64,000 bases of DNA from Octopus vulgaris (Eukaryota). Position 1 is the stretch's first letter; the number at the start of each line of letters is the position of its first letter. The notes below the pieces were generated by a model. It ran no database searches. It was not told the origin of the DNA and worked only from the letters and a program-made list of their open reading frames with translations. Made by a program: the position numbers and the translations under genes. The stretch spans positions 66,278,001 to 66,342,000 of the forward strand of contig OX597831.1 of NCBI GenBank assembly GCA_951406725.2, written 5' to 3'. Of this stretch, positions 1 to 11,664 are shown piece by piece.

Positions 1-274
1 GATAGTAGCTTATTACATCCAGTTTCAACCAACTAGATTTTCAATATTGCTGTTACACTTTGCTTCATAATAAGATGTTGGGGATCTGTTGATTCAGGTT
101 GGGGTGGAAAGTTTTTCCGAAATCGTTTCAAGATAGGGGCTGTATTTTCACATTAGCATGACTCTTGATTGCACAGGATTAAAGATGTTTCTTTGTATAT
201 TTTGTACATTATGTTAATCTCAAATGAACAATTTATAAATTCATCTATGACTACCTTTTCTTCTCATTCTCTAG

Positions 275-373
275 CATTTGGCAGATATTGACAAGTGGGG
301 AATCGACGTGTTTAAGATTTCAGAATATTCTAACAATCGACCTTTGACTTGTGTTACATATACTATATTACAG
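275..373 (+). CDS. PDE4: PDE4/dunce coding exon A (99 nt, HLADIDKWGIDVFKISEYSNNRPLTCVTYTILQ); gene begins upstream of window
   Basis: Pyrimidine tract plus tag acceptor (272-274), GT donor at 374. Translation matches the PDE4 catalytic-domain start (KWG..F.I...S.NRPLT). Confidence 0.93.
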
Positions 374-504
374 GTCTGTAATCAAATTTATACTTTATTT
401 AGCTCTTAAAATTAGTAACTGAAGCTTTGAAGCTTCTGTTGTAATTCAGTTTAATTTCATATGATGCACCTCTATTTAAATTCTATTTAAACTATATTGC
501 CTAA

Positions 505-1021
505 TCTTTATATATAAAAGAGAGGTTGTGTGTCTGTCTCCTACGATTTAGATTCCTAACTACTCCCACATTTTGCGGTGCAGTTTAACCAAAACCGGGT
601 ATCTTATAGACGTGATTCATATTGAGCCCTTCTGGGTATTAGCACGCGTCTACGATGAGTCTACGATTTTAAAAAAATTTACCATCATTTTTTTCCATTT
701 TAATGCATTTTTTTCGCTATTATATAAAGGAAGTAACTCTCTAAAAATGTCTACGATGAGTCAACGATTTAAAAAAAAATTTACCATCATTTTTTTCCAT
801 TTTAATGCATTTTTTCGCTATTATATAAGGGAAGTAACTCTCTAAAACTCTCTAACTCTCTAAAAATGTCTACGATGAGTCAACGATGTTTTAAAAAATT
901 TACCATCATTATTTTCCCATTTTTAATGCATTTTTTTGCTATTTTTTGGCTATAACTCTCTAAAAATGTTTATATAGTTATTTCCCTTACAAACCCGAGC
1001 AACGCCGGGCGATACTGCTAG
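505..1021 (+). mobile_element. Non-autonomous Helitron, family H1
   Basis: A|TC 5' end, 3' hairpin cccg-agcaacgc-cggg, CTAG|T end, no TSD; internal ~95-bp unit repeated about 3 times. Confidence 0.85.
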
Positions 1022-1089
1022 TTAACAATAATTATTAATCAGTGTTGAACTGAAGACAAAATAAATTTCACTATCTGAATAATTTACAG

Positions 1090-1254
1090 GAGAGAAATCT
1101 GCTGAAAACCTTCCAAATTCCTGCCCAAACAGTTGTAACCTACTTGATGCATCTAGAAGACCATTACCACCGTGATGTTCCTTACCATAATGCTATGCAT
1201 GCAGCTGACGTTACACAATCAACTCATGTTTTACTGTCAGTATCGGCTTTGGAG
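1090..1254 (+). CDS. PDE4: PDE4 exon B (165 nt, [11 protein letters not shown]...[24 protein letters not shown])
   Basis: cag acceptor and gtaaat donor. Contains the YHNxxHAADV metal-binding motif; in frame with exon A. Confidence 0.97.
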
Positions 1255-1816
1255 GTAAATATATTTTTATAAATAATTCATGTTTTGGATGAATAGTTAA
1301 CTTGTTAGGTTACCTCAACTAATGTATAATTTTGTCATCTAGTCAATTCTGCTGAAAATAAATATTCCTGGCTTATAATTACCTGGCATTTAAAAATGGA
1401 TTGAGCAATCAAATAATATGTTCAGATAATTCATGAAAATACAATATGAAACATTTATAAAAATAAATTAAAAAATAAAAATTATTATCAAAACTAAAAC
1501 CTACCTTTTTTTTCTGGTTTAGATTTTAATCTTTTTACAATTTCTATTGTTCTCTCTCCTTTATTCCCTTTTTGTCATCATCATAATTAACTACAATGGA
1601 CTAAGGTCAACTTTATCTATCACACTTTTGGATCAAATAAAGTACCAGTCAAGTACTCAGATCTATGTATTCAACTAACTTCCTCCCATAATAGTTACTA
1701 GTCTTGTGCCTAAAATAGAAACTATCTTTATTACTATTGTTGCTGTCATAATCATCATCAGCATTATGCAGTTGTAGAGTGGCAGAATTGATACAATCCT
1801 GGAGTATTGCAGTATT

Positions 1817-2637
1817 TATGAGGTGGTATCAAAAAGTTCCTGGAATAGTTATATTTAAAAAGAATAAGGGCATCCTGGTGTTAGGAAGGGCATCCAGCTG
1901 TTGAAACACTGCCAGATCAGACTGGAGCCTGGTGCAGCCTTCTGGCTTCCCAGATCCCAGTTGAACCGTCCAACCCATGGAGAATGAACGTTAAATGATG
2001 ATGATGATGATGATGATGAACTTATCTACCAAAGTTTTAGCATCATTTCCTTCAAAACAGTCACCTTGTGCAGCAATACACCATTCCAGCATTCCTGCAT
2101 TCCAGATTGCATTGTCATTATAAAGAATTCAGTTCTTTGCACACCACAGATCCAATCGCTTTCATCAAATGCCTTCCCTCAAATGCTTCAAAACATTGCA
2201 GTAGAACTCTTGATTGATGGTCTGGTCCTGGGTGGGGGAATTCTTGGTGCACAATACTGTGGATGTCAAAAACCATCAATGAGCATGCTCTTGACTAAGC
2301 TGCAGCTCTGTCATGCACCCACGTCACTCGAAACATTGCATACAACCCATTGCCTTGTCACTGTAAGCTTGCCAAAACATACTCAATGTCTCTATAGCAG
2401 ACTTCTCAAGTTTAATGCAAAATTCCACATTGGCTCTTTATTCCAACTTCTGTCCATGACAAAAATCGCAGACTACAGCATACATGTGATCACAAAATCA
2501 CAAATTTCACTACTTGAAATGTAATCCCTGTGATATCACTTGGCACACTGCTTCATGAAGTCACTATTAGCTTTCATTGTGCTACCATCTGTTGGCATGC
2601 AACATAACTAGTCTGGGAACATTTTGATACCACTTTG
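1817..2637 (-). mobile_element. Decayed mariner-like element with nested RTE tail (about 1866-2018)
   Basis: Degenerate TIRs gaggtggtatcaaaaagttcc / ggaacattttgataccactt; nested repeat ends in (TGA)n. Confidence 0.55.
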
Positions 2638-2810
2638 GAGTTAAATTCCTTTACATTATGAGTTCAAACTTGACTGGGACAATTCCATTTACTATCTCCA
2701 TCCTAAAGTACTATACACTCATTTTAGAAATTTTTATTATGTAGTTTATATGTTGTTACTAATATTTAATATCATAGTATAATTCTGTATCAATATCTTC
2801 TTGATTCCAG

Positions 2811-2910
2811 AATGTATTCACTGATCTTGAAGTGTTGGCGGCAATATTTGCCTGTACTATTCATGATGTTGACCATCCGGGTGTGACAAATCAATATTTA
2901 GTCAATACAA
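2811..2910 (+). CDS. PDE4: PDE4 exon C (100 nt, [33 protein letters not shown]+1 nt)
   Basis: ttccag acceptor and gtaaat donor. Carries the HDVDHPG class I PDE signature; ends in phase 1. Confidence 0.97.
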
Positions 2911-4192
2911 GTAAATATGCTCTTTATTTATCTTTGAAACAATTTTGTAACATGCCTTAACTTAGTTATCAAAATGATTTTGGTTCATAGATTTACTCTT
3001 ATATCATCAGTTATGAATTTATCTCTTTAAGTAATTAATTTTTGTTATAACTCCCCACCCACATTCCATACAATACTTTCAAGAGGAATTAGATTCAATG
3101 TTTTATAATAATAAAGCGCTTGTTAAATAATACAGTTATAGTTGATGGCCTGACATTCATTAATGTAGCACTAATACAGTCCAGTTTATGTATAAATATA
3201 CAGAGAAATATAAAACAGTCATGCACTGATAGTAGAGAAACAGAATACTTTTAATTTTAAACTTTGACTTTTTAAAGTTGATTTTTTTAAAAATTTTAAT
3301 ATAATGGAAGTGAAGGTAAAAGTGCTGGAAACAGGAAAATGGATCCCTGTGAATCAAGCTTGGAGCCATTCATTTAGAGGTTCACTGAATCAAAGAATTG
3401 TTTCTGATCATCTCAATTACTTTAGAAATATTGGAGGCAAATGGGTTAATTAAATAGAGACATGGATAGAATTTACTTAGAGTCACATAGTGTGACCCCT
3501 ATTTTCTCAGAAAAAATACCCTGGAAAATCAAAGTGATTATAATTCTTCATTAAGAAGGAATACTTTCAGAGTAATGGACAGGATAGTCAGAGTAGAATT
3601 TATATATAAGGAGAGTTTACGAAAAAAACAACAAAAGACGAAGACAGGTGGTGTACAAAACAAAGAGATGTATTAGTATAACGCTCAGGAATAGAAAAAG
3701 TCTTTTACATTTCGAGTCTACGCTCCTATACAGAAAGGGACACAGAAAAAAAAAAGAAGAGAAAAAAGGAGAGAAAAATGTGTGTAGTGGCTAACACCAC
3801 TAATTGACTTGTTGTGAGTTGGTGTAATTATGGTGACATGCATTCCATTGTTGTTGTGTAGCTCTAGGTCAGTTTTAGTTCAACAGTCATCGTATAGCAT
3901 GCAAATATTTAGTCAAACAATTGGGCATAACCCACAAATCTTTTGTTCCTGTTATATAATGCTTTTACTGAACTGAAAACCACACAGCACACTCCCACAT
4001 GCAGTAATAATTTGTGTGAGGAGCAGTATGATAGTCTATGTTTAACACAAATCTAAAAATCATCTAAAGTTATAAGATATATAGTATGTTGTTTGGACCT
4101 GTGATGTGAAGGGTTACTACAGGTTGAGACATCAAAGAATTAGATCGAAAATTGTAAGGGAGGAAATGGGGAAGTCAAGTGTGAGAATATTG

Positions 4193-4616
4193 GGATCTTT
4201 TCGGTTTGAACGGCAGTTTTTTCTAGCGGTGTCATATGAAATTGTCACCCATAATTATGACCCTAGTATCGATCTATTGCATTTCAATCTGTTTTAGGGT
4301 TAGGGTTAGTTAGGGTTAGGGGTGGGGGGAAGAGTATCTTTTTTTCTTCACAAATGTAAATAAACCCAATCTGTTTCTTAAACAAGGGACATATTCATAC
4401 GGCACAGAATGTCTTTTACCTCAATGGATATCATTGATTGGTTGAAATTGCAGAAATTGAAGAAAAAAACAACAAATATCTTACAAACTATAGAATTTTC
4501 TCAATAAAGCCAAGAGAAAAAGATGTTTTATAAACACATTCTACCAGTATACGAAGTTTAAAATTTTTAGTTACCTAGAAATTATGTTAAAACTGCCGTT
4601 CAAACCGAAAAGATCC
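4193..4616. mobile_element. MITE with ~28-bp TIRs, 8-bp TSD and internal TTAGGG repeats (Merlin-like?)
   Basis: TIR GGATCTTTTCGGTTTGAACGGCAGTTTT; TSD GAATATTG at 4185-4192 and 4617-4624. Confidence 0.92.
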
Positions 4617-5090
4617 GAATATTGTACACCATGACAAGATATTACAGAAATTAATATTAGGACCTTTCAGTGCTTGCATTAAAAAGTATAGTTTTAAAAA
4701 AATGAATGTGGTGGTAATGGTGGTGGTGGTGCTAGTGGTAGTAGTGGCATGAGAACTGTGACAGATACAGGTTCTTCTCATTTATTTAACCCCAAATCAA
4801 CCCTGGTTGAGCAGACCTGTGTTCAAATGCATTCCAGCTGTAGCCACTGTCTTCTTGTATATTCAACGATTATACTGTCCAATATGTTCTTATTGTCTTT
4901 AAGGCGATAGGGTGAAATTTGAAAGGGTGCTTGTTTGATATTTCTAGTTGGTCAAATGTCTACATAGAGGTTCCTTTGTCAGTTTCTTACACTTGGGTTT
5001 AGCGAGGTAGCAAGAAAGAAACAGAAAAGGGTGCTAGTATCATGTCTGGGTATGTGTGTGTTTATATATATATATATACGTATATATATG

Positions 5091-5159
<69 letters not shown>

Positions 5160-5161
5160 AT

Positions 5162-5467
5162 GGGGGCGTGCAATGGCCCAGTGGTTAGGGCAGCGGACTC
5201 GCGGCCGTAGGATCACGGTTTCGATTCGCAGACCAGACGTTGTGAGTGTTTATTGAGCGAAAACACCTAAAGCTCCACGAGGCTCCATCAGGGGGTGGTG
5301 ATGATCCCTGCTGTACTCTTTCACCACAACTTTCTCTCACTCTTTCTTCTGTTGGCCTGCCCGCTTAGATAGCAGGGTGGCATCATTTGAAGGCTAAAAC
5401 AATGCAGAGCGCATTGTGACCAGCGATGTGTAGCAACATCTGATAGCCTGGTCAGTCACGGTCATGA

Positions 5468-5470
<3 letters not shown>
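5162..5470 (+). mobile_element. tRNA(Arg)-like SINE, family R-a
   Basis: A box TGGCCCAGTGG, TCG in the anticodon position, B box GTTTCGATTC; second copy at 46764-47051. Confidence 0.85.
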
Positions 5471-5509
<39 letters not shown>

Positions 5510-5871
5510 CCAAAGAAGATCTCTCTCTCTCTCACTCTGAGTGAAAGGAAGAGTGTATGATGCACATATATGAGATGCAATGCTACATGGTAGAGACGTC
5601 AGCCCTGAATGCAGAAGACATGCAAAGACTAGAGAGGAACAACACTTGTATGCTCTTCTGGATGTGCAATGTCAGTGTACATGTTTGACAGAACTCTAGT
5701 GTATTGAAAGAAAAGTTAGGCATAAGAGGAATTATATGCAGTGTGCAAGAGAGGAGACTGCACCGGTTTGGTCATGTGATGCAGAGGGTCAAGAATAGTT
5801 GCATAAAGGAGTTCTGACCACTTAAAGTGGAGGGAAACTGTGGAAGAGGGAGATCCAGAAAGACATGGGAT

Positions 5872-6575
5872 TGTAACAAGATGAGGGTCTCAGGAACACT
5901 TGAGGGGTGTCAGGTCTTATCTTGTCACATACAATTGTTGAAGAAAAGAACCAAAAATCCAGCTGTCTTCAATAACAATAAATAGTAGTTTATTCTTCGG
6001 GTTCACAGGTGAAATATATACATATATATTTTGTAAGGGCGAACCTATTTCTTTACTACCCACAAGGGGCTAAACACAGAGGGGACAAACAACGACAGAC
6101 AAACGGATTAAGTCGATTACATCGACTCCAGTGTGTAACTGGTACTTAATTTATCGACCACGAAAGGATGAAAGGCAAAGTCGACCTCGGCGAAATTTGA
6201 ACCCAGAACGTAACGGCAGACGAAATACGGCTACGCATTTCGCCCGATGTGCTAACGGTTCTGCCAGCTCGCCGTAAGGGCGAACCGGCAGCCAAAGTTC
6301 ACAGGACTGTACACAAATATTCACTCGAGTGAGCCAAGAAGATACAGTCTCCGTTCCCGCTTTGAAGAGAGCTTCTCTGTGCGTAGGGTTTTCCCTGAGA
6401 GAAGTCTTAGCCACGTCCGCTTGTTAGGGCTGCTCTTCCAAAAAAGACTGATTTTAACGGGGATGCTTTCAGGTTGCAGTTCCTGTGCATGCGCATGAGG
6501 GAACTTCTGGCGGCCTACCAGAAGTAATCCAATTCTGCACATGCGTGCTGAAATTTCCACAGTAGCGTCACTACA
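5872..6575 (-). mobile_element. Solo LTR (~460 bp without the nested SINE) inserted in an RTE LINE
   Basis: TGT...ACA termini; 4-bp TSD GGAT at 5868-5871 and 6576-6579; minus-strand AATAAA near 5990; LINE sequence resumes exactly after the TSD. Confidence 0.8.
6046..6273 (-). mobile_element. SINE with Meta-domain-like core, nested in the solo LTR
   Basis: Core GAGGTCGACTTTGCCTTTCATCCTTTCG..GTCGATAAATTAAGTACCAG; 13-bp TSD GTAAGGGCGAACC at 6033-6045 and 6274-6286. Confidence 0.88.
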
Positions 6576-7090
6576 GGATAAAGTATTGAAGGCTGATCTC
6601 AAAACACTGAGCTTTGTGAAGGAGATGACAGAGGACCGAGATATGTGGCTTATTGCTGCACTCCAAGAAGACCTGCCCACCACAACATGTAAAAAACACT
6701 GGTGTTGATGCCACGTAAAAAGCACCCAGTACACACCGTAAAGTGGTTGGCATTAGGAAGGACATCCAGCTGTAGAAACCAAGCCAAAACAGGTTATGAA
6801 ACCTGGTGTGGCCCCTGGCCTTGCCAGCTCCAGTCAAGGCTGTCCAATCCATACCAACATGGAAAACGGACATTAAATGATGATGATGATGATGATGATA
6901 TATATGTGATTTATTGTTATTTAGCAGTGGAAATGTGGCTTGCAATTATATAGTCCAATGGTTCCCAACCTTTTCAGTGGTTCCCAACAGAGGTTTCCAG
7001 CCCTTTTACTTAAATGAGTTTCCCCATGAACCCCTTTTAATATGCAATAGACATTATATAATGTATAACAGATCCCCTCCATTTTCTTCT

Positions 7091-7122
<32 letters not shown>

Positions 7123-7127
<5 letters not shown>

Positions 7128-7625
7128 GATAAATCTCAGAGCGAGTTATAAACAGTAGCGGTAACACATCGTGACGCATATTTGCCATTTGAATATGGCT
7201 AACCCATAAGGGTGGATGCTACTGTGGTTTGTAGCCCCAGGAAGATATCTCCTCCAGCTGGCTATAGACACACTATCTGTGTTACCGCTACTGTTTATAA
7301 CTCGCTCTGAGATTTATCATTGTTTGATTTCACTTTTTCAATATCAGTGTCAATCGACACTGGAAACAGTATATGTATTTGTGAAGGGATCTGACTTCTC
7401 GTCGACAACCATGATTGTCACACGCTGATGAAAGGTAAACAATTTGAAACTCGGGTACGTGCATATCATGTGTTGAAGACGGGGAGGATGACTCCCCTTC
7501 ACAAATACTGAGAGGACACAGATAGTGTGTCTATAGCCAGCTGGAGGAGATATCTTCCTATGGCTACAAACTACAGTAGCATCCACCCTTATGGGTTAGC
7601 CATATTCAAATGGCAAATATGCATC
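7123..7625. repeat. Interlocked inverted-repeat element (A-B-A'-C-[hammerhead]-C'-B')
   Basis: A 7125-7168 / A' 7278-7321 (perfect); B 7176-7282 / B' 7516-7622 (few mismatches); C ~7374-7415 / C' ~7465-7508 (imperfect). Confidence 0.85.
7421..7461 (+). ncRNA. Minimal type I hammerhead ribozyme (intact core, weak stem II), sense in PDE4 intron
   Basis: cacg-CTGATGA-aag[gtaaacaa]ttt-GAAA-C[tcgg]G-TA-cgtg. Stem I cacg/cgtg extends past an internal loop (catgat/atcatg). Predicted cut after GUA 7457. Confidence 0.7.
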
Positions 7626-7639
7626 ACTATATATATATG

Positions 7640-7889
7640 CCACTAGACTGGCTCCTGTGCAAGTGGCATGTAAAAAGCACCATTTGGGCATGGTCATTGC
7701 CAGTACCTCCAAACTGGCCCTCATGCCAGTGGTACGTAAAAGCACCCACTACATTCTCGGAGTGGTTGGTGTTAGGAAGGGCATCCAGCTGTAGAAACTC
7801 TGCCAGATCAGATTGGAGTCAGGTTCACCAGACCTCAGTCAAATCGTCCAACCCATGCTAGCATGGAAAGCAGACGTTAAATGATGATG

Positions 7890-7891
<2 letters not shown>
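7640..7891 (+). mobile_element. RTE LINE 3' UTR fragment
   Basis: Matches about 38610-38914; (TGA)n tail. Confidence 0.8.
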
Positions 7892-7920
<29 letters not shown>

Positions 7921-8054
7921 GCTCATTGCTGTACTCAAGAAGACCTGCCCACTACAACATGTAAAAAGCACTGGTGTTGATGCCACATAAAGAGCACCTA
8001 GTACATATATGAAATTTTGAATTTAGTTCATGGACCCCCAGTACTATCTTTAGT

Positions 8055-8358
8055 GGAGGCACATGGCCTTGTGGTTAGAGCAGTGGATTCGCGGTCGAGG
8101 GATTGCAGGTTTGAATCTCAGACCGGGCGAGGTGTGTGTTTATGAGCGAAAACACCTAAGCTCCAAGCGGCTCTAGCAGAAGATAATGGCAAAACTTCTG
8201 CTTACTCTTTCGCCACAACTTTCTCTCACTCTTTCCTCCTGCATCTTGCAGCTCACCTGCGATGGACCGGTGTCCCGTCCAGGTGGGGAACCTATACGCC
8301 AAAAAACCAGGAAACTGGCCCTTATGAACTAGGCATGGCTCGAGAAGGAACAACTAAC
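8055..8358 (+). mobile_element. tRNA(Arg)-like SINE, family R-b
   Basis: A/B boxes; imperfect TSD agtacta(t/c)cttt. Confidence 0.85.
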
Positions 8359-8688
8359 TAGTACTACCTTTGCGGACCACCAGGGGTCCAGGTTGGGAAC
8401 CACTGATATAGTCAAATTTCTGCTAGAATTTACATGACTAGTCTAACCTACGGCTAGCTTATTGTTTTAAATGTGAGCTTAATGGAAAACAATATTTCTG
8501 TATGATGTCCGCAAAATCACATGTAATCAGTTTTTTTCCTGCCAAAATTAGTTTCTTTGCTCGAGTGAGTCTACTATAATCAATAAATGCAAACTTTTCC
8601 CTGCCAAGAAAGCAGTTGTAAACAGGAATCTAAAGAAGACCATTGCTACACCAGTGGGAAAATGTGAACAAACTTTTGTTCACATTGT

Positions 8689-8851
8689 GGTGTAGGAGTG
8701 GCTGTGTGGTAAGTAGCTTGCTTATGAACCACACGGTTCCGGGTTCAGTCCCACTGTGTGGCCCCTTGGGCAAGTGTCTTCTACTACAGCCTCGGGCCAA
8801 CCAAAGCCTTGTGAGTAGATTTGGCAGACGGAAACTGAAAGAAGCCCGTCG

Positions 8852-8890
<39 letters not shown>

Positions 8891-9097
8891 TTGTGTGTCT
8901 GTGTTTGTCCCCCCAACATCACTTGACAACCGATGCCGGTGTGTTTATGTCCCCGTAACTTAGCAGTTCAGCAAAAGAGAACCGATAAAATAAGTACTAG
9001 GCTTACAAAGAATAAGTCCTGGAGTTGATTTGCTCGACTAAAGACGGTGCTCCAGCATGGCCACAGTCAAAAGACTGAAACAAGTAAAGGAGTAAAC
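8689..9097 (+). mobile_element. ~410-bp tRNA-derived SINE with internal (TA/TG)n, family S
   Basis: Head GGCGCAGGAGTGGCTGTGTGGTAAG...GGTTCAGTCCC, tail GAAACAAGTAAAAGAG; at least 8 copies in the window. Confidence 0.88.
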
Positions 9098-9636
9098 TAT
9101 TTTTTGCCTTCGAAGATGACATTCACACCCATATACCCTTCTCACAAGAAGGAAAACACAGCTTTTTAGCAAATCATTTTCTTCTTTCTCTTTGTTTCTT
9201 TTACCAACAGTAATTTTTGCTTTAGAAACACAAATTGACAATGTTCATTCAACTAATTAATATTTCTAGTAAAAATTTCTCTTTATCTAACTTGCTAAAA
9301 TGTGATTCTTTTAGTAAAACATATTTTTGTTAAGCTGAATGACTCCATATTTTGTTTTACTCAATGGACATTTTGATGGTGAATAGACTTTTTAAGTTGC
9401 TGAAAAACTAATTTTAAGTTTTTACTTCTCATTGCTTTATACATTGCCTAACATATGCATTTAGTTTGCTCAAGCACATGGTCTTCTGTAGATATTTTTC
9501 TGTGTGACCATCAACTGCCATTTTCTTTCCTCTTCATCTTCAGAGTTCTCCTGCTAATTCTTACTTCTTAATTTAATATCATTCTGTTAGACAATTTATA
9601 TTAGGTTGACGACTTTAGTGAGTAAACATAATTGTA

Positions 9637-9766
<130 letters not shown>

Positions 9767-9769
9767 TAT

Positions 9770-10990
9770 TCCTGGTAAGGCAACAGCAGAAGTACCAAGC
9801 CAAAAAGAATCCCCTGTACTTAGCTTTTGTTGACATGGAGAAAGCCTTCAGCAAGGTCCCTCACTCCTGGTTAGTGAGGGTGGTTGGTGAGACCTGTACA
9901 AGCCTTGTACAGGGATGCTATCAGTAAGGTGAGGGTTGGCAGCAAGTACAGCAATAAATTCAGGCTACAAGCAGGGCTCACCAGAGATCAGTCCTCAGCC
10001 CTTTTTTGTTCATCATTGTCCTCCAAGCAATAACAGAGGAATTTAGGTTGAGCTACCCCTGGGATATCCTCTATGCTGATGACCTTGTTCACTATGAGAA
10101 CTAGAGAAGAAATTTCAGATGTGGAAGCAAGGTCTAGAATCAAAGAGTTAATTTAGCAAAACCAAAGTCCCAGTAAGTAGAAAAGTGGCCAGATTACAAA
10201 TCTCTTCAGATAGATGACCATGCTCGATACGTAGAAAAGTTATAGGTAGAAACTCCATAAGATGTACCCAGTGAAAGCTATGGACACATGAAAGGTATAG
10301 CAATATCAGAGGAAGGTTACAGGGAAAATAGTCTTTGTCTGTGGCAGATGTACAGGTACAATAAACACTAGAAATGTACAGAAAATAGACTCCATCAAAT
10401 GCCAAGGTGGGGAGATACCTAGAAGTAGTTGATAGCTTCCATTATCTAGGTTATTAACAGTGGAGATGGATACTCCAAGAGCATAACTGCTAGAATAAGA
10501 ATAAGTTGTCGGTAGGCAAATTGTATGATGACTATGTGTGAAAAGCCATGCTACATCACAGTGAAATGTGGGCTGTGACTGCTGAGAACATGCAAAGGCT
10601 TGAAAGAAATGAAGCTAGTATGCTTCACTGGATGTGCAATGTCAGCATGCATGCATGACAGAATATAAGCATCTTGAGAGAAAAACTGGGCATGAAAGGT
10701 ATCAGATGTAGTGTGCAAGAAAGACAATTGTGCTGGTATGGTCATGTGATGCATGGACAGCTGTGTAAAGAAACGCCAATCTCTGGCTGTAGAGGGAACC
10801 TGTGGAAGAGGTAGACCAGGGAAGACATGGGACAAGGTAGTGAAGCCTGATCTTTGAATGTTAGGCCTCACAGAGGCAATGACAAGTGACTGAAACCTTT
10901 GGTGATATGCTGTGCTTGAGAAGACTTGCCAAGCCAAGTGAGAACGTAGTCAAGGCCAATGCCAGTGTCATGTAAATGGCACCCATGCCA
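9770..10990 (+). mobile_element. Decayed RTE-like LINE reverse transcriptase
   Basis: LYLAFVDMEKAF, SVLSPFLFIIV and ILYADDLV RT motifs with frameshifts. Confidence 0.85.
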
Positions 10991-11664
10991 GTGGACGAAC
11001 TGACATGTATGTATATATGTATGTTAAAAACAGAGAACAGGCAAGCAACTCTCACTTTAAAGCCTTTTATTTATAATTTGTAATTTAAAATTTGTGCAGA
11101 GTAGTTATAGTAAATAGGTAAAATCTCTTACAGCTGTTTCTAGAATGACTACGCATGTGGAGCATGTGTTATTGAGCAAGCATTTTTGTGTAAGCTAGGT
11201 ATTCCATCACCATAGAGAGAGAGAAATAAATAAAGAATATCCTTAAACAAGGGTATCAGTTTGTTGAATAACTAAGGAGTGTCCAAAGTAGAAATATAAT
11301 ATTGATTGTTAGTTCCATAGTCAAAGAATTAATGAAATTCTTAATCAACAATAATATTCATTTGCTGTTCCATTGCTGAAGTATCAAGGAAAATCCAAGG
11401 TAAAAAATGATAGAAGTTGCTAGTTTCATCTTTGAAGAAAAAGTGAAGTAGATATTGAGTTTTCCAGGAGTACAGGACAGTGTAAAGGAAGGATAATAAG
11501 TGCGGCATACATAACATAGGAGTTAAGGGGATGTATATAGATACACATGTACATATACAAGTATATACGCATATATACACAACAGGCATGTAATCATATA
11601 AACTCAAATACATATACACAGAGACATGTGCCTGTCCATACACTCACGTGAATATATACACACA

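Larger units (their letters stand above)
5530..6899 (+). mobile_element. Decayed RTE-like LINE 3' part, split by the solo LTR
   Basis: Homologous to 37910-38914 (RT C-terminus, GRGRxRKTW motif) and ends in (TGA)n. Confidence 0.75.
6956..8405. mobile_element. hAT (Charlie-like) MITE inflated by nested insertions
   Basis: TIR CA(A/G)TGGTTCCCAACC / GGTTGGGAACCACTG; 8-bp TSD ATATAGTC at 6948-6955 and 8406-8413. Confidence 0.8.

Noticed and set aside
573-845. 90-aa ORF with a paralogous ORF at 11730-11993
   Set aside because: Both lie within non-autonomous Helitron copies; the similarity reflects the repeat, not a gene.
4293-4330. TTAGGG repeats as a telomere or fusion scar
   Set aside because: They are internal to a MITE that is present twice with TIRs and TSDs.
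5162-5240. tRNA-Arg(TCG)-like sequences (also 8055, 21169, 33695, 46764)
   Set aside because: They are SINE heads: they continue into shared bodies, several have TSDs, and I could not fold a proper acceptor stem.
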